Origin: Geosiphon pyriformis uo1
Lineage: Eukaryota; Fungi; Glomeromycota
Length of the DNA: 64,000 nucleotides
NCBI GenBank assembly: GCA_016748015.1
Contig: JAAOMT010000028.1
Coordinates: 1 to 64,000, forward strand
Reading direction: 5' to 3'
The notes under the pieces were generated by a model. It was given only the letters and a program-made list of their open reading frames with translations. It was not told the DNA's origin and ran no database searches. The position numbers and the translations under genes were made by a program. Positions 63,431-64,000 of the stretch are shown here, in pieces (position 1 is the stretch's first letter; each line of letters opens with the position of its first letter).

Positions 63431-64000
63431 GGTTATTTTAGTTTCGAAAATTTTTATTATTCAATAATTATTTTCCTTACTATAATTGGAAATATAATAT
63501 CAATATAACTTTTTCCATTAAAAAGGAATTCTATTCTGTGTTTAATATAATTTGAATAAAAATGATGAAGATATCTAAAGCAATCGGTTAAAAATTTTTT
63601 TTTTTTTTCAAAAACCCAAAACTTTTTAATATGGTTTAGTAATGATTTTTAAAAATGTTTTTAGAATTTCCAAATCCAAATATTTAATTATGATTTTTAT
63701 ATTAAAAAATATCTAATTTTTTTCTGAATGCGGTTAAATATCCATTATCAAAGATATTCTTTATTAAAACTATACTTTTCATTCTATTTAATAATACGGT
63801 ATCTTACATGATACCGATTTTATTTTATTTTATTTTATTTTAATCACTTAGACGGTGAAAATATAATTAGAATTTTAAACAATTGTGAATAATCAAAAAG
63901 AAAAAATATTAGGGTTCAAAGAAAGATAAAGTTGGTAAATATGGTTTAAACTAGAATACTTAAAAAGTGTTTTGTTTTAAACGAAATCGATGCTGGTGTG

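Overview
AT-rich, intron-rich fungal DNA. The gene set and TE style suggest Mucoromycota/Glomeromycotina, and the TE proteins resemble ones I recall from Geosiphon pyriformis (unverified). Layout: (1) a decayed LINE on the minus strand (1-~5580); (2) an extremely AT-rich desert holding a 5'-truncated LINE with its TSD; (3) a compact, CpG-retaining island of five spliced host genes (thioredoxin with WCPPC, YEA4/SLC35B4-type nucleotide-sugar transporter, SEC11, pterin-4a-carbinolamine dehydratase, an unknown membrane protein); (4) a full-length APE-RT-RNaseH LINE (17786-54761, 12-bp TSD, ~6.75 kb once reassembled) whose ORF2 is interrupted by three complete ~10-kb Ty3/Gypsy elements (E1-E3) with 4-bp TSDs; (5) a second AT desert; (6) fimbrin and a probable snR30/U17 H/ACA snoRNA. 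The most unusual system is the architecture shared by all three Gypsy copies, which belong to two divergent subfamilies. It consists of a GUG-initiated, single-frame Gag-PR-(Cys-rich Zn modules)-dUTPase-(degenerate dUTPase)-RT-RNaseH polyprotein that stops before integrase. Integrase is a separate ORF with its own ATG, and a conserved non-Env third ORF runs up to the PPT. Each ORF is preceded by an A/C-rich, G-poor leader. All TE copies are eroded almost entirely by C>T/G>A transitions, many outside CpG.
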